In this document: positions 1-10,828 of the stretch, piece after piece
How positions within the stretch are numbered: the stretch's first letter is position 1
Layout of the letters: every line of letters begins with the position of its first letter
IMG/VR virus record: IMGVR_UViG_3300032213_002237
Location: 1 to 64,000 of that record
Length of the DNA stretch: 64,000 nt
From: a virus
Lineage: Duplodnaviria; Caudoviricetes
Strand: one strand, 5' to 3'
The notes under the pieces: model-generated
The model's database searches: none
What the model was told of the DNA's origin: nothing
The model's input: only the letters and a program-made list of their open reading frames with translations
Translations under genes and position numbers: made by a program

Positions 1-741
1 ATGACAAGAAAAAAAACAATTAGCAAAGACGGTCAGTATATTCCTACTGATGCTAAACCAAAAATGTCTAAAAAAGACCAAATTAGTGGTATGATTAAAA
101 AGAGTAAAGATAAATTCTTAACTCAAAGTCAAAGAGAGTATTACGATAAATTAGTTAGAAATCAAATTACAATTTGTTCAGGTCCGGCAGGTGTTGGTAA
201 AAGTTTTATTGCTATGAAAGCGGCTGTAGATTTAATTGCCGACCATACATCACCTTACGAAAAGATTATTATTGTTAGACCCGCCGTTGAAGCTGAAGAA
301 AAACTTGGTTCGTTACCTGGTAATGTTGAAGAAAAACTAGACCCGTATATTTTCCCATCTTACTATCTATTAAATAAAATTATAGGTAAAGAAGCAAGAG
401 AAAAATTAAAACAAATGGAGGTTATTGAAGTATTTGCTTTGGCGTATATGAGAGGGATGAACATTGATAATTCTATTTTAATATTTGAAGAAGCTCAAAA
501 CGCAACTCCAAAACAAATGAAGTTATTATTAACTCGTATTGGTACAGATAGTAAATTTTTCATATCAGGTGATTTAGAACAAACTGACAGATATAAAGAT
601 AAAAAACATTCAGGTTTATGGGACGCAATTGAAAAATTTAAAAATATCTCAGAAATTGGTGTTCATGAATTTGGAGATGAAGATGTCGTTAGAAACCCAT
701 TAATTACCGAAATCTTGAAAAGATATGAAGATAGGAATTGA
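1..741 (+). CDS. phoH: PhoH-family ATPase
   Basis: Walker A GPAGVGKS, RPAVE, LGSLPG, YMRG, EEAQN and GDLEQ motifs typical of PhoH. Confidence 0.95.
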   Translation: MTRKKTISKDGQYIPTDAKPKMSKKDQISGMIKKSKDKFLTQSQREYYDKLVRNQITICSGPAGVGKSFIAMKAAVDLIADHTSPYEKIIIVRPAVEAEEKLGSLPGNVEEKLDPYIFPSYYLLNKIIGKEAREKLKQMEVIEVFALAYMRGMNIDNSILIFEEAQNATPKQMKLLLTRIGTDSKFFISGDLEQTDRYKDKKHSGLWDAIEKFKNISEIGVHEFGDEDVVRNPLITEILKRYEDRN

Positions 742-1330
742 TATTAATGGAGTTTTAAGAGATACCATAGGTAAGTTTAAAACTACCTATGAAAAATTTT
801 TAATAGAAAATAATTTAGAAAATTCAGAGTCTGAAAACCCGTTTGAATATAAAATTAATGAACCAATTGATTCTTTAGATTTAATGAATCATTTTTCATT
901 TCAATCAAAAGAAGAATTTTTTAGTTTTCTATACGAAGAATTTCCAATGGAGATTTTTGGTCATTCACCATCAATTGAGTTGTTAAGTTTTAATTATCTG
1001 AATGATTTTTATTTAGATTTTAGAAATGACCATGAAATTGTTATAATTTCAGATGAGATTGGTAAAACAAAACCCGCAACGTTATTTTTTCTATCGAAAT
1101 TTGGATGTTTATTAGAATCAATTTTATTCTATAATGATTCTAATAAAACTAAAGTTTTAGGGGATTTTGATTTAATAGTTACTTCTAACCCTGATATTCT
1201 TATTAATTATAATAATTGTATTAAATTTAATACAATTTATAACGAAAAAATTAATTGTGATAAATCAATTAATTCTATCGAAGAACTAAAGTTAATTTTA
1301 AAAAATAAATTACATGCTACCAATTCTTAA
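725..1330 (+). CDS. HAD-like 5'(3')-deoxyribonucleotidase-like protein
   Basis: N-terminal IGIDINGVL resembles HAD motif I (second Asp replaced by Asn). Confidence 0.5.
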   Translation: MKIGIDINGVLRDTIGKFKTTYEKFLIENNLENSESENPFEYKINEPIDSLDLMNHFSFQSKEEFFSFLYEEFPMEIFGHSPSIELLSFNYLNDFYLDFRNDHEIVIISDEIGKTKPATLFFLSKFGCLLESILFYNDSNKTKVLGDFDLIVTSNPDILINYNNCIKFNTIYNEKINCDKSINSIEELKLILKNKLHATNS

Positions 1331-1574
1331 CGAACACTATTATATTGATTTAGATTTAATTAATGACAGTGTAACATATGACGCTAGTACAAGCGGAGAT
1401 AGTGAACAACATATCAGTGTTGTAAAATATGAATTAATAAAAATTATGATAGATGTCGTTCTATCAGAAAGTGAAGAAACTGATGAAAAACTTGGTAATA
1501 AATCAAATTTATCAATACCATTTAAATTAGCATTTAACACATTATTAAATAATAAAATAATAAACAAATATTAA
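1314..1574 (+). CDS. hypothetical protein
   Basis: ORF packed in operon, overlapping upstream stop. Confidence 0.7.
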   Translation: MLPILNEHYYIDLDLINDSVTYDASTSGDSEQHISVVKYELIKIMIDVVLSESEETDEKLGNKSNLSIPFKLAFNTLLNNKIINKY

Positions 1575-1577
1575 AAT

Positions 1578-2636
1578 ATGGAAGAAAGAATTTTAAAAAT
1601 TGAAAGTTCTATTGAAAATCTTAAAAATAAAAAATCAAAGATTTATTTTTTTGTTCAGGACACAAAGGGAAATGCAAGTGCGTCGGTAAGATACATCTAC
1701 CAAATGGCATTAACATTAAAAGATAACGGATACAATCCGATTATGTTACATGAAAAACCTGATTATTTTGGAGTTTCAGGATGGTTAGGTGATAAATATT
1801 CTAATTTACCACATCAATCTGTTGATGGTCAAAATTTACAAATTTCACCTGAAGATTTTATAATTATACCTGAAATTTTTGGGTATATTATGTCACAATT
1901 AACTAATTTACCTTGTACTAAAGTTGTCTTATCACAAGCTTACGACCATATTTTCGAAACTTTACAGCCAGGACAAGTATGGAGTCAATTTGGATTTACA
2001 AAATGTATAACAACTTCCGAAAATCAAAAAAAATATATTTCGGATATTATGAGAAATTTCCCAATTGATATATTAGAGCCAGTTGTATCACCTGTATTTG
2101 AAAAATCTAAATTTCCATCAAAACCAATTATTGCCGTTTCATCAAGAGAACAACGTGAAGCAATTAATTTGATTAAAACATTTTATCAAAAATACCCACA
2201 ATTTAGATGGGTAACATTTAGAGATATGAGAGGAATTTCAGAAGAGGAATTTGCGAATACTTTAAAAGACTGTATGTTATCAGTTTGGATTGACAAAACA
2301 AGTTCTTTTGGAACTTTCCCGTTAGAATCTATGAAATCTAATGTTCCTGTTTTAGGTGTATTACCTAAGATGGTCCCATCATGGTTAAATGAAGAAAATG
2401 GTATTTGGATTCAAGAAGAAATTAAATTAGTTGATTTTGTTGCCGAATTTATCCAAAATTGGTTAGAAGATAATATATCTGAAAAATTATATCAAAATGG
2501 ATTAGATACTTCATCTGATTTTTCAGATTTTGAAAAATTTGAAAAGAACGTTATTGAATTATTTTCAGATTACTTCAGTAAAAGAACTCAGGGATTTCAA
2601 GAAGAAATAAATAAATTACAATTAATTGAACAATAA
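1578..2636 (+). CDS. glycosyltransferase, GT-B fold (GT4-like)
   Basis: C-terminal SSFGTFPLESMKSNVPV resembles the GT4 ExFGxxxxEAM motif. Confidence 0.7.
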   Translation: MEERILKIESSIENLKNKKSKIYFFVQDTKGNASASVRYIYQMALTLKDNGYNPIMLHEKPDYFGVSGWLGDKYSNLPHQSVDGQNLQISPEDFIIIPEIFGYIMSQLTNLPCTKVVLSQAYDHIFETLQPGQVWSQFGFTKCITTSENQKKYISDIMRNFPIDILEPVVSPVFEKSKFPSKPIIAVSSREQREAINLIKTFYQKYPQFRWVTFRDMRGISEEEFANTLKDCMLSVWIDKTSSFGTFPLESMKSNVPVLGVLPKMVPSWLNEENGIWIQEEIKLVDFVAEFIQNWLEDNISEKLYQNGLDTSSDFSDFEKFEKNVIELFSDYFSKRTQGFQEEINKLQLIEQ

Positions 2637-2637
2637 T

Positions 2638-3444
2638 ATGAAAAAAGAATTTGAATTAAGTGTTATATTACCATTAAAGAGCTCATCAGTTAGAGATTTT
2701 GACGAATTTTTTAAAAAAAGTATTGAGTCATTAACTATCCAAGATATATTACCTACTGAACTTATAATTGTTCACTCGGAAGAAGAAAGTTTAATTAATT
2801 ATTTAAACAGTTTTGATTTTGGTAATTTAAAAGTTAATAAAATTAAATTTGATGGAAAACTTAGTTTTTGTGAACAAGTTAATACAGGTATTAAAAACTC
2901 AAAAACTGAATGGAATAGTATTTTAGAATTTGACGATGAGTTTTCTAAAATTTGGTTTAAAAATGTTAGAAAATATTCAGAAATTTATACTGATGTAGAT
3001 GTGTTCATGCCAATCGTTGTTGATGTTGATAATAAATCAGTATTTGCTGGATTTACAAACGAAGCAACATTCGCCGCTAATTTCTCACAAGAAATGGGAA
3101 TATTAACAAATGAAACATTATTAAGTTATCAAAATTTCCAAACTTCGGGAATGGTATTTAAAAAACAAATTGTTGAAGATTTTGGAGGGTTTAAACCAAA
3201 TTTTAAACTGACATTTGCTTACGAATTCTTACTAAGAATGACTTATAACTCAGTTAAATTCATGACAATACCAAGAATTGGTTATAAACATATGAATTTA
3301 AGAGAAGGTTCTATTTTTTGGGAATATAAAAATGGTGAAAATGTGTTAACAGAAAATGAAGTAAAATTTTGGGTTAATACTGCGAAAAAAGAATATTTCT
3401 TTAGCCAAGACAGAAACATAAAATATACACCTGAAAATGTTTGA
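2638..3444 (+). CDS. glycosyltransferase family 2-like
   Basis: LSVILP N-terminus, VNTGIK and LEFDDE (DxD-like) motifs; ATG at 2638. Confidence 0.75.
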   Translation: MKKEFELSVILPLKSSSVRDFDEFFKKSIESLTIQDILPTELIIVHSEEESLINYLNSFDFGNLKVNKIKFDGKLSFCEQVNTGIKNSKTEWNSILEFDDEFSKIWFKNVRKYSEIYTDVDVFMPIVVDVDNKSVFAGFTNEATFAANFSQEMGILTNETLLSYQNFQTSGMVFKKQIVEDFGGFKPNFKLTFAYEFLLRMTYNSVKFMTIPRIGYKHMNLREGSIFWEYKNGENVLTENEVKFWVNTAKKEYFFSQDRNIKYTPENV

Positions 3445-4181
3445 TGATTTTAAGCGCAACGTCTGTTCAAGATTCTTTAACTAAGAAGAAAAAACCGACT
3501 ACAGAAAATTATTTTGACATAAGAGAAGAAAATGCGGTTAGATTATTTCTAACCGCATCTACTTTTGAGGAAAAAAATAAAATTTATAATGAATTTTTAA
3601 GATTTCCTTTAGATAAGATGATATCCTCGATAATAAGAAGATATAAATTGTATAGAAAAGATATGAATTTTACTGAAATTCATACTGATACACATTCTTT
3701 TTTGATGACAAAAATTGACAAATTTAGTCCGTCAAAAGAAAAGAAGGCTTACTCATATTTTGGGACTATTTGTAAGAATTACCTTATGGGTCAAATATTA
3801 AAAGACCAAAAAGAAACTAATAGAAAAATTTCATACGAAGATATTTCTAGTGATTTAGAAAATAGACCTGAAATGATTTATTATTTAGAACTTGAACCTA
3901 CTCAAGAGTATAATGTAATCCCTATATTAAAAGATTATATTAAAACAACGATAGAAGAAGATGAATTAAATGATAATGAATTAAAATTAGGTTTGGCGCT
4001 TATTGATATTTTAGACAATTACGAAACAATATTTCCAGCAACTGATAATAATAAATTTAATAAAAATGTAATTTTATTATCTATTCGTGAAATGACAAAT
4101 ATGTCAACTAAAGAAATTAGGGCTTCAATTAAAAAATTCAAGAAAATTTACTCTTCGTTAATAGATGTTAAGGAAGAGTAA
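3444..4181 (+). CDS. phage sigma factor (gp55-like late sigma candidate)
   Basis: KF...KAYSYFGTICKNYL resembles the sigma region 2 of T4 gp55-like proteins. Confidence 0.65.
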   Translation: MILSATSVQDSLTKKKKPTTENYFDIREENAVRLFLTASTFEEKNKIYNEFLRFPLDKMISSIIRRYKLYRKDMNFTEIHTDTHSFLMTKIDKFSPSKEKKAYSYFGTICKNYLMGQILKDQKETNRKISYEDISSDLENRPEMIYYLELEPTQEYNVIPILKDYIKTTIEEDELNDNELKLGLALIDILDNYETIFPATDNNKFNKNVILLSIREMTNMSTKEIRASIKKFKKIYSSLIDVKEE

Positions 4182-4198
4182 ATTTTCACTAAATATCT

Positions 4199-4205
4199 AT
4201 TTATT
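4199..4205 (+). promoter_or_regulatory. TATTTAT putative late promoter element (approximate position)
   Basis: TATTTATtagtATG directly before 4209; recurrent motif. Confidence 0.5.
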
Positions 4206-4208
4206 AGT

Positions 4209-4571
4209 ATGACAAAACCTAAAAAGAAACAAATTAATTTTACTAAAGATTCTATACTTGCTTTGATGCAAGAAATATATAACGAATTAGTAGAACAAAG
4301 GACAACTGCCATCAGAATTCAAAATAAAATGATTGGAATGATGAAAGAGCCTGAAGATATGACTTTAATAGGTCCTGTAATCGAAAAACAACAAAAAATT
4401 ATAAATGACTGTGTTGAAAAGAAATTAACACTATCAAAGTTACAGTCAGGTATATGGGAAAAACAACAAAGTCACGAATCAAGTTTTGACATATCATCTA
4501 TGGATGACGATATTTTACAAGGTCTTTTGGATAAAGATATAAATTCAAGTAACGAAAATTTTACATTATAA
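4209..4571 (+). CDS. hypothetical coiled-coil protein
   Basis: ORF preceded by TATTTAT. Confidence 0.75.
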   Translation: MTKPKKKQINFTKDSILALMQEIYNELVEQRTTAIRIQNKMIGMMKEPEDMTLIGPVIEKQQKIINDCVEKKLTLSKLQSGIWEKQQSHESSFDISSMDDDILQGLLDKDINSSNENFTL

Positions 4572-4572
4572 G

Positions 4573-6531
4573 ATGGCTGTAGATATCAAACAAGGATTTA
4601 AAGACGCTAAAGAAAAATTAGATACTTTACAAAAAACACAAAAGATTAGAACCGAATACGAAAAACGTATTAATAATTTTACTAATAAATTACAAGAAAA
4701 ATCAGATAAAATTCAACTTAATCTTGATTCCGCAGAAATATCCAGAAAAATTAAACAAACGGTATCAAATTCATTTACCGAACTTGTAAGTATGGTACAA
4801 ACGTCAACATCCGGAAAAACATCTGGTTACATTATTAAAGTTTTAAAAAAAACATTGATTGACAACCCTTCAGTAATTAAAAAAATTATTATGGAAGAGA
4901 TGATATCATCTTTAGGATGTTCTGAAGAACAAACATTTCAAACTAATCAAGAATTATATGTTGATATCGGTAAAATTGATATTTTTAAACAACTTAATTT
5001 TGACCCTGAATCGACACTAGGCGCATCAATTTATGAAAATAAAAATTATTCTGAAAATGGCGAACCCCCAAGAAGTGCTAATAGATTTTTTCATCAAGTT
5101 ATACAAGATAATGGAGTTCAATCAACATATTATGGGGCGTCAGGTCAAGCTCTTTTTAAAATAAGTTTTGAAACATTTAATGGTATTGAACAAGGTTACT
5201 ATTTTAAAGTAATTCTTTTAGATAGATTGACCGGTACTAATCAAGTCACAGAATTTCTTTTTGATTATTTTGAAAGTTTAAAGATTTTAGACTACAATAA
5301 CGCTGTAACTAAAATTGTAAATTTAGTACTTAACGCTTTTTCAGTTAATGCCGGTACAGGTCCTGTTTCATTAAATGACGAAAAATCCTTTGTTAAAATA
5401 TTACAAAGGATTTTAGGTATGTGTTTTGATTATGATAAAGAAATTGATGTTGGAGGTGTTTCAAAATACCCTGAGTATGATGACACTACTGATACTTTAT
5501 TTGAGTTTACCCCATCAGATTTATCTCAAATTGAAAATGAAATAGATTTAATTCGAAGAGGTTATGTAGAATTTATAGACTGTAATAATATACAGTTACC
5601 TATGACTGATACAGGATATATATTTGATATTATTTCACAAGTTAATGATGATGGTTCTAATATTGACGAAAATCTACAAGAGATATTTTTTAACTTATCA
5701 AATGACCCAAAATGGCAATTGCAATTACCACAAATTTTTAATGCATCATATAATGAAGACATTGTCAACAATTTTGTAAAAGGTGTTCTCATGTCGGTGT
5801 TGTCACCAAAAATAATTTTTCCTTTAGTTACTATGGGAAACGCAATGTTTACTACAGTAGATTCTGCCGGAGCTGAAATCCAACAAGATTTACAAGCTAG
5901 TTCCCCTGGATTAATAGCGTTTTCAAAAAAAAATAAAAGATTTTTAATTAACGTCACTTCAAAAATTGGAGGTGTTTTTTTAGAGGGATTATTTCTTGAG
6001 TTAAAAAGAGATATTATTAAAGTAGTTAAAGGTTTAGTACTGTATACATTAAAAACTAAACATCTAAGATTATATCTAATTACTCAAGAAATAATAAAAT
6101 ACTTTAATAAGTATCAATATCTAGGTAATTTAATAATAAGTGGAGTGAAAGATTTTAGGGAATGTAAAAGTTTATTAAAATATATATTTCTATTATTATC
6201 ATCAGTCAGAGCTAAGACTGATTTATTAGGAACTACAGATAATGAGCAAATACCGACCAGTGTTCTTGCATTATCATATATTTTAGAAGGTTCAAGCCCT
6301 GAAAGAGAATTACAAGAATATGTTGAGGAAATGCAAAAATTGGGGTTACCTGTCGGTACCGGAATAAATGGAGAACCTGATTTAGACACTCAAGCAACTT
6401 TTGCAAAATTTCAAGCAATTTTTAAAGAAAGAGCTAAAAATGGTAAAGTTGAAGCTGTTATGTACGGTCAACAATTAGCACCAACAGGACAACCAACCGG
6501 CGTTATCAGAGTAACAGGAAAACCACTTTAA
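4573..6531 (+). CDS. large hypothetical protein, probably virion structural
   Basis: 652-aa ORF in operon with baseplate-like gene. Confidence 0.6.
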   Translation: MAVDIKQGFKDAKEKLDTLQKTQKIRTEYEKRINNFTNKLQEKSDKIQLNLDSAEISRKIKQTVSNSFTELVSMVQTSTSGKTSGYIIKVLKKTLIDNPSVIKKIIMEEMISSLGCSEEQTFQTNQELYVDIGKIDIFKQLNFDPESTLGASIYENKNYSENGEPPRSANRFFHQVIQDNGVQSTYYGASGQALFKISFETFNGIEQGYYFKVILLDRLTGTNQVTEFLFDYFESLKILDYNNAVTKIVNLVLNAFSVNAGTGPVSLNDEKSFVKILQRILGMCFDYDKEIDVGGVSKYPEYDDTTDTLFEFTPSDLSQIENEIDLIRRGYVEFIDCNNIQLPMTDTGYIFDIISQVNDDGSNIDENLQEIFFNLSNDPKWQLQLPQIFNASYNEDIVNNFVKGVLMSVLSPKIIFPLVTMGNAMFTTVDSAGAEIQQDLQASSPGLIAFSKKNKRFLINVTSKIGGVFLEGLFLELKRDIIKVVKGLVLYTLKTKHLRLYLITQEIIKYFNKYQYLGNLIISGVKDFRECKSLLKYIFLLLSSVRAKTDLLGTTDNEQIPTSVLALSYILEGSSPERELQEYVEEMQKLGLPVGTGINGEPDLDTQATFAKFQAIFKERAKNGKVEAVMYGQQLAPTGQPTGVIRVTGKPL

Positions 6532-6532
6532 T

Positions 6533-6724
6533 ATGGAAGAAAAAATATTAGAAATATTAAAAGATTATAAAAATAAACCTAATAAAGATTTAATTTTTGT
6601 TATGGACTTTTTATCAAAAGAATTTGATAATACAAAAGAAGTTATAATACAATTAACTAAAAAATTAGATAAGGTTGAATCAACCTACAATAAAATATTA
6701 AAAGAGTATGATGATAGACAGTAA
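6533..6724 (+). CDS. small hypothetical coiled-coil protein
   Basis: tightly packed ORF. Confidence 0.65.
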   Translation: MEEKILEILKDYKNKPNKDLIFVMDFLSKEFDNTKEVIIQLTKKLDKVESTYNKILKEYDDRQ

Positions 6725-8294
6725 TCAAATTTTATATGGAGGTACGGTAACACATGTTGACGATATTTTAGGTGTTGGAAGAGTTAGGGTTAAACCTGAA
6801 CATGAAAAGTATTTAGAAATTATCAATTCTCTTGATGTGAATTTATTAAATGTTAATAGAGATGACATTAAAAGTGATTATTTTTTTAAAGATGATGACC
6901 CATTTTGTTTTATACCATTTTTACCTTTCCATATCAATGTGACACCAAGTGTTAATGATTATGTGCATATAATATATTATAGTTTGTCAGAAAATCCTGG
7001 AAGAAAACGACAGTTTTATATGAAAGGTCCAATCTCGTCATTATCATCATTATCGTCTGAAAATAGTAATCAAACAAAAGGTATATTAGGCATTTTACCT
7101 AATGTTAAAACAGGTATACCATTTAAAAACGAATCGGGATATTATAAAACTGCTAGTGAAGGTGTTGTTGCAAAACCTGAAGATTACGGGATATACTCTA
7201 AAGGAAAATCTGATATAATATTAAAAGATACAGAAATAGTTATAAGAGCTAAAAAAACACCATCATTAAAATCAAATGAAAATCCTGTTGTAAATAAAGA
7301 TAGGTCTTTTTTACAAATTTCAGATTTTGATACTAAAACATCAAATCGTGAACCATTTAAAAATATAACACAAACTCCTGTTGAACAGCCAATTGTGGCA
7401 ATTCTTGAATATGAAATTGATTATGGATTAGATACTGTTAATGGTCCTTACACAGGTAATGTTAACATATACAATATACCTGAAAGAAATAAAGAAACAT
7501 TAACAACTACTTTTTCAAGAGATACTATTTTAGAAAATTATAACGATTTTTTTCCTGTTTTTACACATGAGTTTACTTCTATAGATTCATTAGATACCGT
7601 AATTAAAATAATTACTGACGTAATTAAAGGGTTAAATGAGGGTAAAATAACCTTAAATTATTCAACCGTAATAAATGGTGAAACTAATCAAGTTAATATT
7701 ACACAAGTAATTAGTGGAAAACGTTTTCCATTTTATTATAGACCAAGTATTAAAACTCAGGATTTATTAAACAGTGGAACAAGCTCACAAATTAACACAA
7801 TAAGAAATTTAACAACAAGAATTGTTTACCCATTATCAAACAAGGAAAATCCGGGTGCAGGATTAATATCTTATAAAAATAAATTTGGGTTAGCGTTAAA
7901 AACTAATATACAAACAATAACATCAAAATTAAAAGAAAATGTTAGTAATTCATACGCTGTTTTAGGTTCAGATAATGTATATTTAATATCAAGAACGTCA
8001 CAAATTCCAGGTAAAAGTAAAATTATTGTTGAGGATAGTGATGTTTACGGTATTAGTGAAGAAAGATTGTCAGGAAATTATTTAGAATCCACGGAAGGGA
8101 TTGTAAGAGGTGAATCTCTTAAAAAATTATTATCATTAATTGTTAGGTTTTTATTGAACCACCAGCATCTTTATAACCGTTTATCACCATACGAAGTTAC
8201 AACTGAAACCTCACCAGTAAGTAAATCAGATTTACAATCAGAATTCAATTTATTTGACCAAAAGGTTATTAATCAAAATATTCGAATAAATTGA
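6708..8294 (+). CDS. baseplate hub/spike protein (gp5/gpV-like)
   Basis: N-terminal GTVTHVDDILGVGRVRV OB-fold signature; C-terminal HQH (HxH) metal-binding spike motif. Confidence 0.65.
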   Translation: MMIDSNQILYGGTVTHVDDILGVGRVRVKPEHEKYLEIINSLDVNLLNVNRDDIKSDYFFKDDDPFCFIPFLPFHINVTPSVNDYVHIIYYSLSENPGRKRQFYMKGPISSLSSLSSENSNQTKGILGILPNVKTGIPFKNESGYYKTASEGVVAKPEDYGIYSKGKSDIILKDTEIVIRAKKTPSLKSNENPVVNKDRSFLQISDFDTKTSNREPFKNITQTPVEQPIVAILEYEIDYGLDTVNGPYTGNVNIYNIPERNKETLTTTFSRDTILENYNDFFPVFTHEFTSIDSLDTVIKIITDVIKGLNEGKITLNYSTVINGETNQVNITQVISGKRFPFYYRPSIKTQDLLNSGTSSQINTIRNLTTRIVYPLSNKENPGAGLISYKNKFGLALKTNIQTITSKLKENVSNSYAVLGSDNVYLISRTSQIPGKSKIIVEDSDVYGISEERLSGNYLESTEGIVRGESLKKLLSLIVRFLLNHQHLYNRLSPYEVTTETSPVSKSDLQSEFNLFDQKVINQNIRIN

Positions 8295-8313
8295 TATTTA
8301 TCTAAAAAAGATA

Positions 8314-9810
8314 ATGTCAATTCATCGTTCATACTTTAGTCGTAATAATACTTTATTATCCAACAGTTTTACTAATACTGGTAAATCTCCATGGACACAA
8401 CTTTATTTTGGTTCGTCATCAGATGTAATCGCATCCCCAGGATATAGTAGATTTATATTTGATTTGGACCTTTCACAACTTGTTGAGAAAATTCAAGATA
8501 AGACAATATCAACAGGTTGCACGAGGTTTTCAGGTATTACTCACACACTTAGAATGACTAACACATCGTCATTTGATAAAGAAGGGTTATCTAATGAATA
8601 TACTAGTCAAGGAAGATTAAGAGCTACTTCATTTGATTTAATTTTATTTAGAATTCCATTGACATCAGGAACTACAGGTACTGCTCAATTATGGGACGAA
8701 GGTGTTGGTTACGATTATTACGATGTCCAAAGAACATTAAACTCGGCAAATGGTTTATTATCACCAATTGTTTTACCACAAGATAAGTCATACTCACAAA
8801 GACCGTCTAATTGGTTCCAAACTACAACATTAAGTGGATGGAGTACTAATGGAATATATAATAATACAACTGGAGGTAATGTTGATTATTCAGATTTAAT
8901 CATCGTTGATACTCAACACTTTGAATTTGGTAATGAGGATATTGAGTTTGACATGACAAATGAAATTAATCAATATCTTACAGGTTCAACATCAGGATTT
9001 ACAGGATGGGGAATTGCGTATTTACCTCAATTAGAAAATTTAACAGGGTTAACTGAAAACTATTCTGTTGGGTTTTTTACAAGACATACTCAAACATTTT
9101 ACGAACCATTTTTAGAAACTTCGTATAATGATTTAATATTAGATAATAGAAATTCATTTTATTCACACAACAATAATCGTCTTTATTTATATTCTTATAT
9201 TGGAGGGGTTCCAACAAGTTTAGACAATCTACCTGTTGTTACTCTTGAAAATAATCAGGGTAATGTTGTAGGAACTTATACAGGTTGTCAAATAACTCAA
9301 GGTGTTTATCAAATAACAACAAGTGGGATAACTGTAACAACTCCATGTATGTTTACAGATACTTGGTCTAATTTAGTTTATAATGGTATTTCATTACCTG
9401 ATGTCGTTAATGATTTAACTGTATTACCTTATCAAGGGTATTTTACATTAGGAACACAAAGTAAAGACCCTGAATTATTTGGATTTGATTTTTACGGTAT
9501 TAAACAAGATGAAAAAATACTTAATACAGATGTTAGAAAAGTTGGTGTGGTAATTAAAAAAGCTTACACATCAAATCAAGTATTAACACCTGTCACAGCA
9601 TATTATAGAATATATGTAAACGAAGGGACAACTGAAGTTCAAGTTCAAGAATGGACTCAAATTAATAGAGCATCTAACGAATACTATTTTATATTTGATA
9701 CAAAAGATAAAATACCAAACGAATATAATGTAGATATTAAAGTACTTACGTCAGGTGAAGTAGATACTTATAAAAAAACACTAACATTCCAAATAGTTGA
9801 TAAGAAATGA
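8314..9810 (+). CDS. putative virion structural protein (beta-rich)
   Basis: 498 aa, Thr/Gly-rich, TATTTAT at 8295-8301. Confidence 0.55.
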   Translation: MSIHRSYFSRNNTLLSNSFTNTGKSPWTQLYFGSSSDVIASPGYSRFIFDLDLSQLVEKIQDKTISTGCTRFSGITHTLRMTNTSSFDKEGLSNEYTSQGRLRATSFDLILFRIPLTSGTTGTAQLWDEGVGYDYYDVQRTLNSANGLLSPIVLPQDKSYSQRPSNWFQTTTLSGWSTNGIYNNTTGGNVDYSDLIIVDTQHFEFGNEDIEFDMTNEINQYLTGSTSGFTGWGIAYLPQLENLTGLTENYSVGFFTRHTQTFYEPFLETSYNDLILDNRNSFYSHNNNRLYLYSYIGGVPTSLDNLPVVTLENNQGNVVGTYTGCQITQGVYQITTSGITVTTPCMFTDTWSNLVYNGISLPDVVNDLTVLPYQGYFTLGTQSKDPELFGFDFYGIKQDEKILNTDVRKVGVVIKKAYTSNQVLTPVTAYYRIYVNEGTTEVQVQEWTQINRASNEYYFIFDTKDKIPNEYNVDIKVLTSGEVDTYKKTLTFQIVDKK

Positions 9811-10325
9811 AAAAAGTAGTATTAAAAGAAAACGAATATATTAAATTATTAAAATTTGTATTATCCGAAGCATTTACCGCAGGTGAAGATAAAATTGACG
9901 TAATTTTAGATAAAATAAGTCAATCAGGTATGGAATCAATTACACCTGAAGAAAGGGAAACTCTTGAGAAATTTACTAAAGGTATTTCAATAGAAGACGA
10001 ACCATCATCTAAAGATGATTTTATGACAAAAGCGGGTGGTTTTTGGTCTTTTGAATTTCCAGGGATGCCTTCATTTAAATTTAGATACGAATCAACTGAA
10101 GATACTGAAGATGAAAAAATACACACAGGATATCTAACAGTTGATGATAGTGATTACTATGGTGAAATTTACTGTGATACTGAAGGTAATTTTCAAACTT
10201 GTATGTTTGAAAATACAACTGAAGGAACTAATGTATTTGAAGATTATGAAGGTTTAGAACACGATATTGAAGTGTTTTTAGATGTAGTCTGTAATGACCT
10301 AAAAGAAGATGATATGATGGCATAA
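9807..10325 (+). CDS. acidic hypothetical protein with shared leader
   Basis: MKKVVLKENEYIKLLKFVLSE leader. Confidence 0.75.
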   Translation: MKKVVLKENEYIKLLKFVLSEAFTAGEDKIDVILDKISQSGMESITPEERETLEKFTKGISIEDEPSSKDDFMTKAGGFWSFEFPGMPSFKFRYESTEDTEDEKIHTGYLTVDDSDYYGEIYCDTEGNFQTCMFENTTEGTNVFEDYEGLEHDIEVFLDVVCNDLKEDDMMA

Positions 10326-10326
10326 T

Positions 10327-10770
10327 ATGAAAAATTTAGACAATTTAATTAAAAAAGTACTTAAAGAAGAAACTCAAAGATATATGTTCTTCAGTAATTT
10401 AGAACAAATGAAACGCCAATGTGAAATACTACTTGGTAAGGATAAACAAATGATAGAATCTATTTTAGATAATGGACACGATTGGGCTCAAGACCATATT
10501 GCCGAAGCCAAAAATAATATGGACCAAGTATTTGATTTTATCATGAATGAAATAGAAGGTGAAGATTTTAGTAGCGATGATGCTGTCGAAGTAATGTATG
10601 AAGGTCGTAAAAAGGCGGGTACTAAATTATGTGCTCGTGGTAAATCAGCAGCTAAAGCGAAATTTGATGTTTACCCTTCGGCATATGCTAATGGTTATGC
10701 TGTACAAGTATGTAAAGGTACAAAACCTGGTTTAGACGGAAAAAAACACTGTTCAGGAGCATATTGTTAA
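10327..10770 (+). CDS. hypothetical protein with leader and basic C-terminal domain
   Basis: LIKKVLKEE leader; AKAKFDVYPSAYANG motif recalled from phage DUF5872-like proteins. Confidence 0.7.
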   Translation: MKNLDNLIKKVLKEETQRYMFFSNLEQMKRQCEILLGKDKQMIESILDNGHDWAQDHIAEAKNNMDQVFDFIMNEIEGEDFSSDDAVEVMYEGRKKAGTKLCARGKSAAKAKFDVYPSAYANGYAVQVCKGTKPGLDGKKHCSGAYC

Positions 10771-10828
10771 TTAAAAATTTTGAATTATTAAAAAAACATA
10801 GTATATTTGTAGTCAAATCATAAATGAC

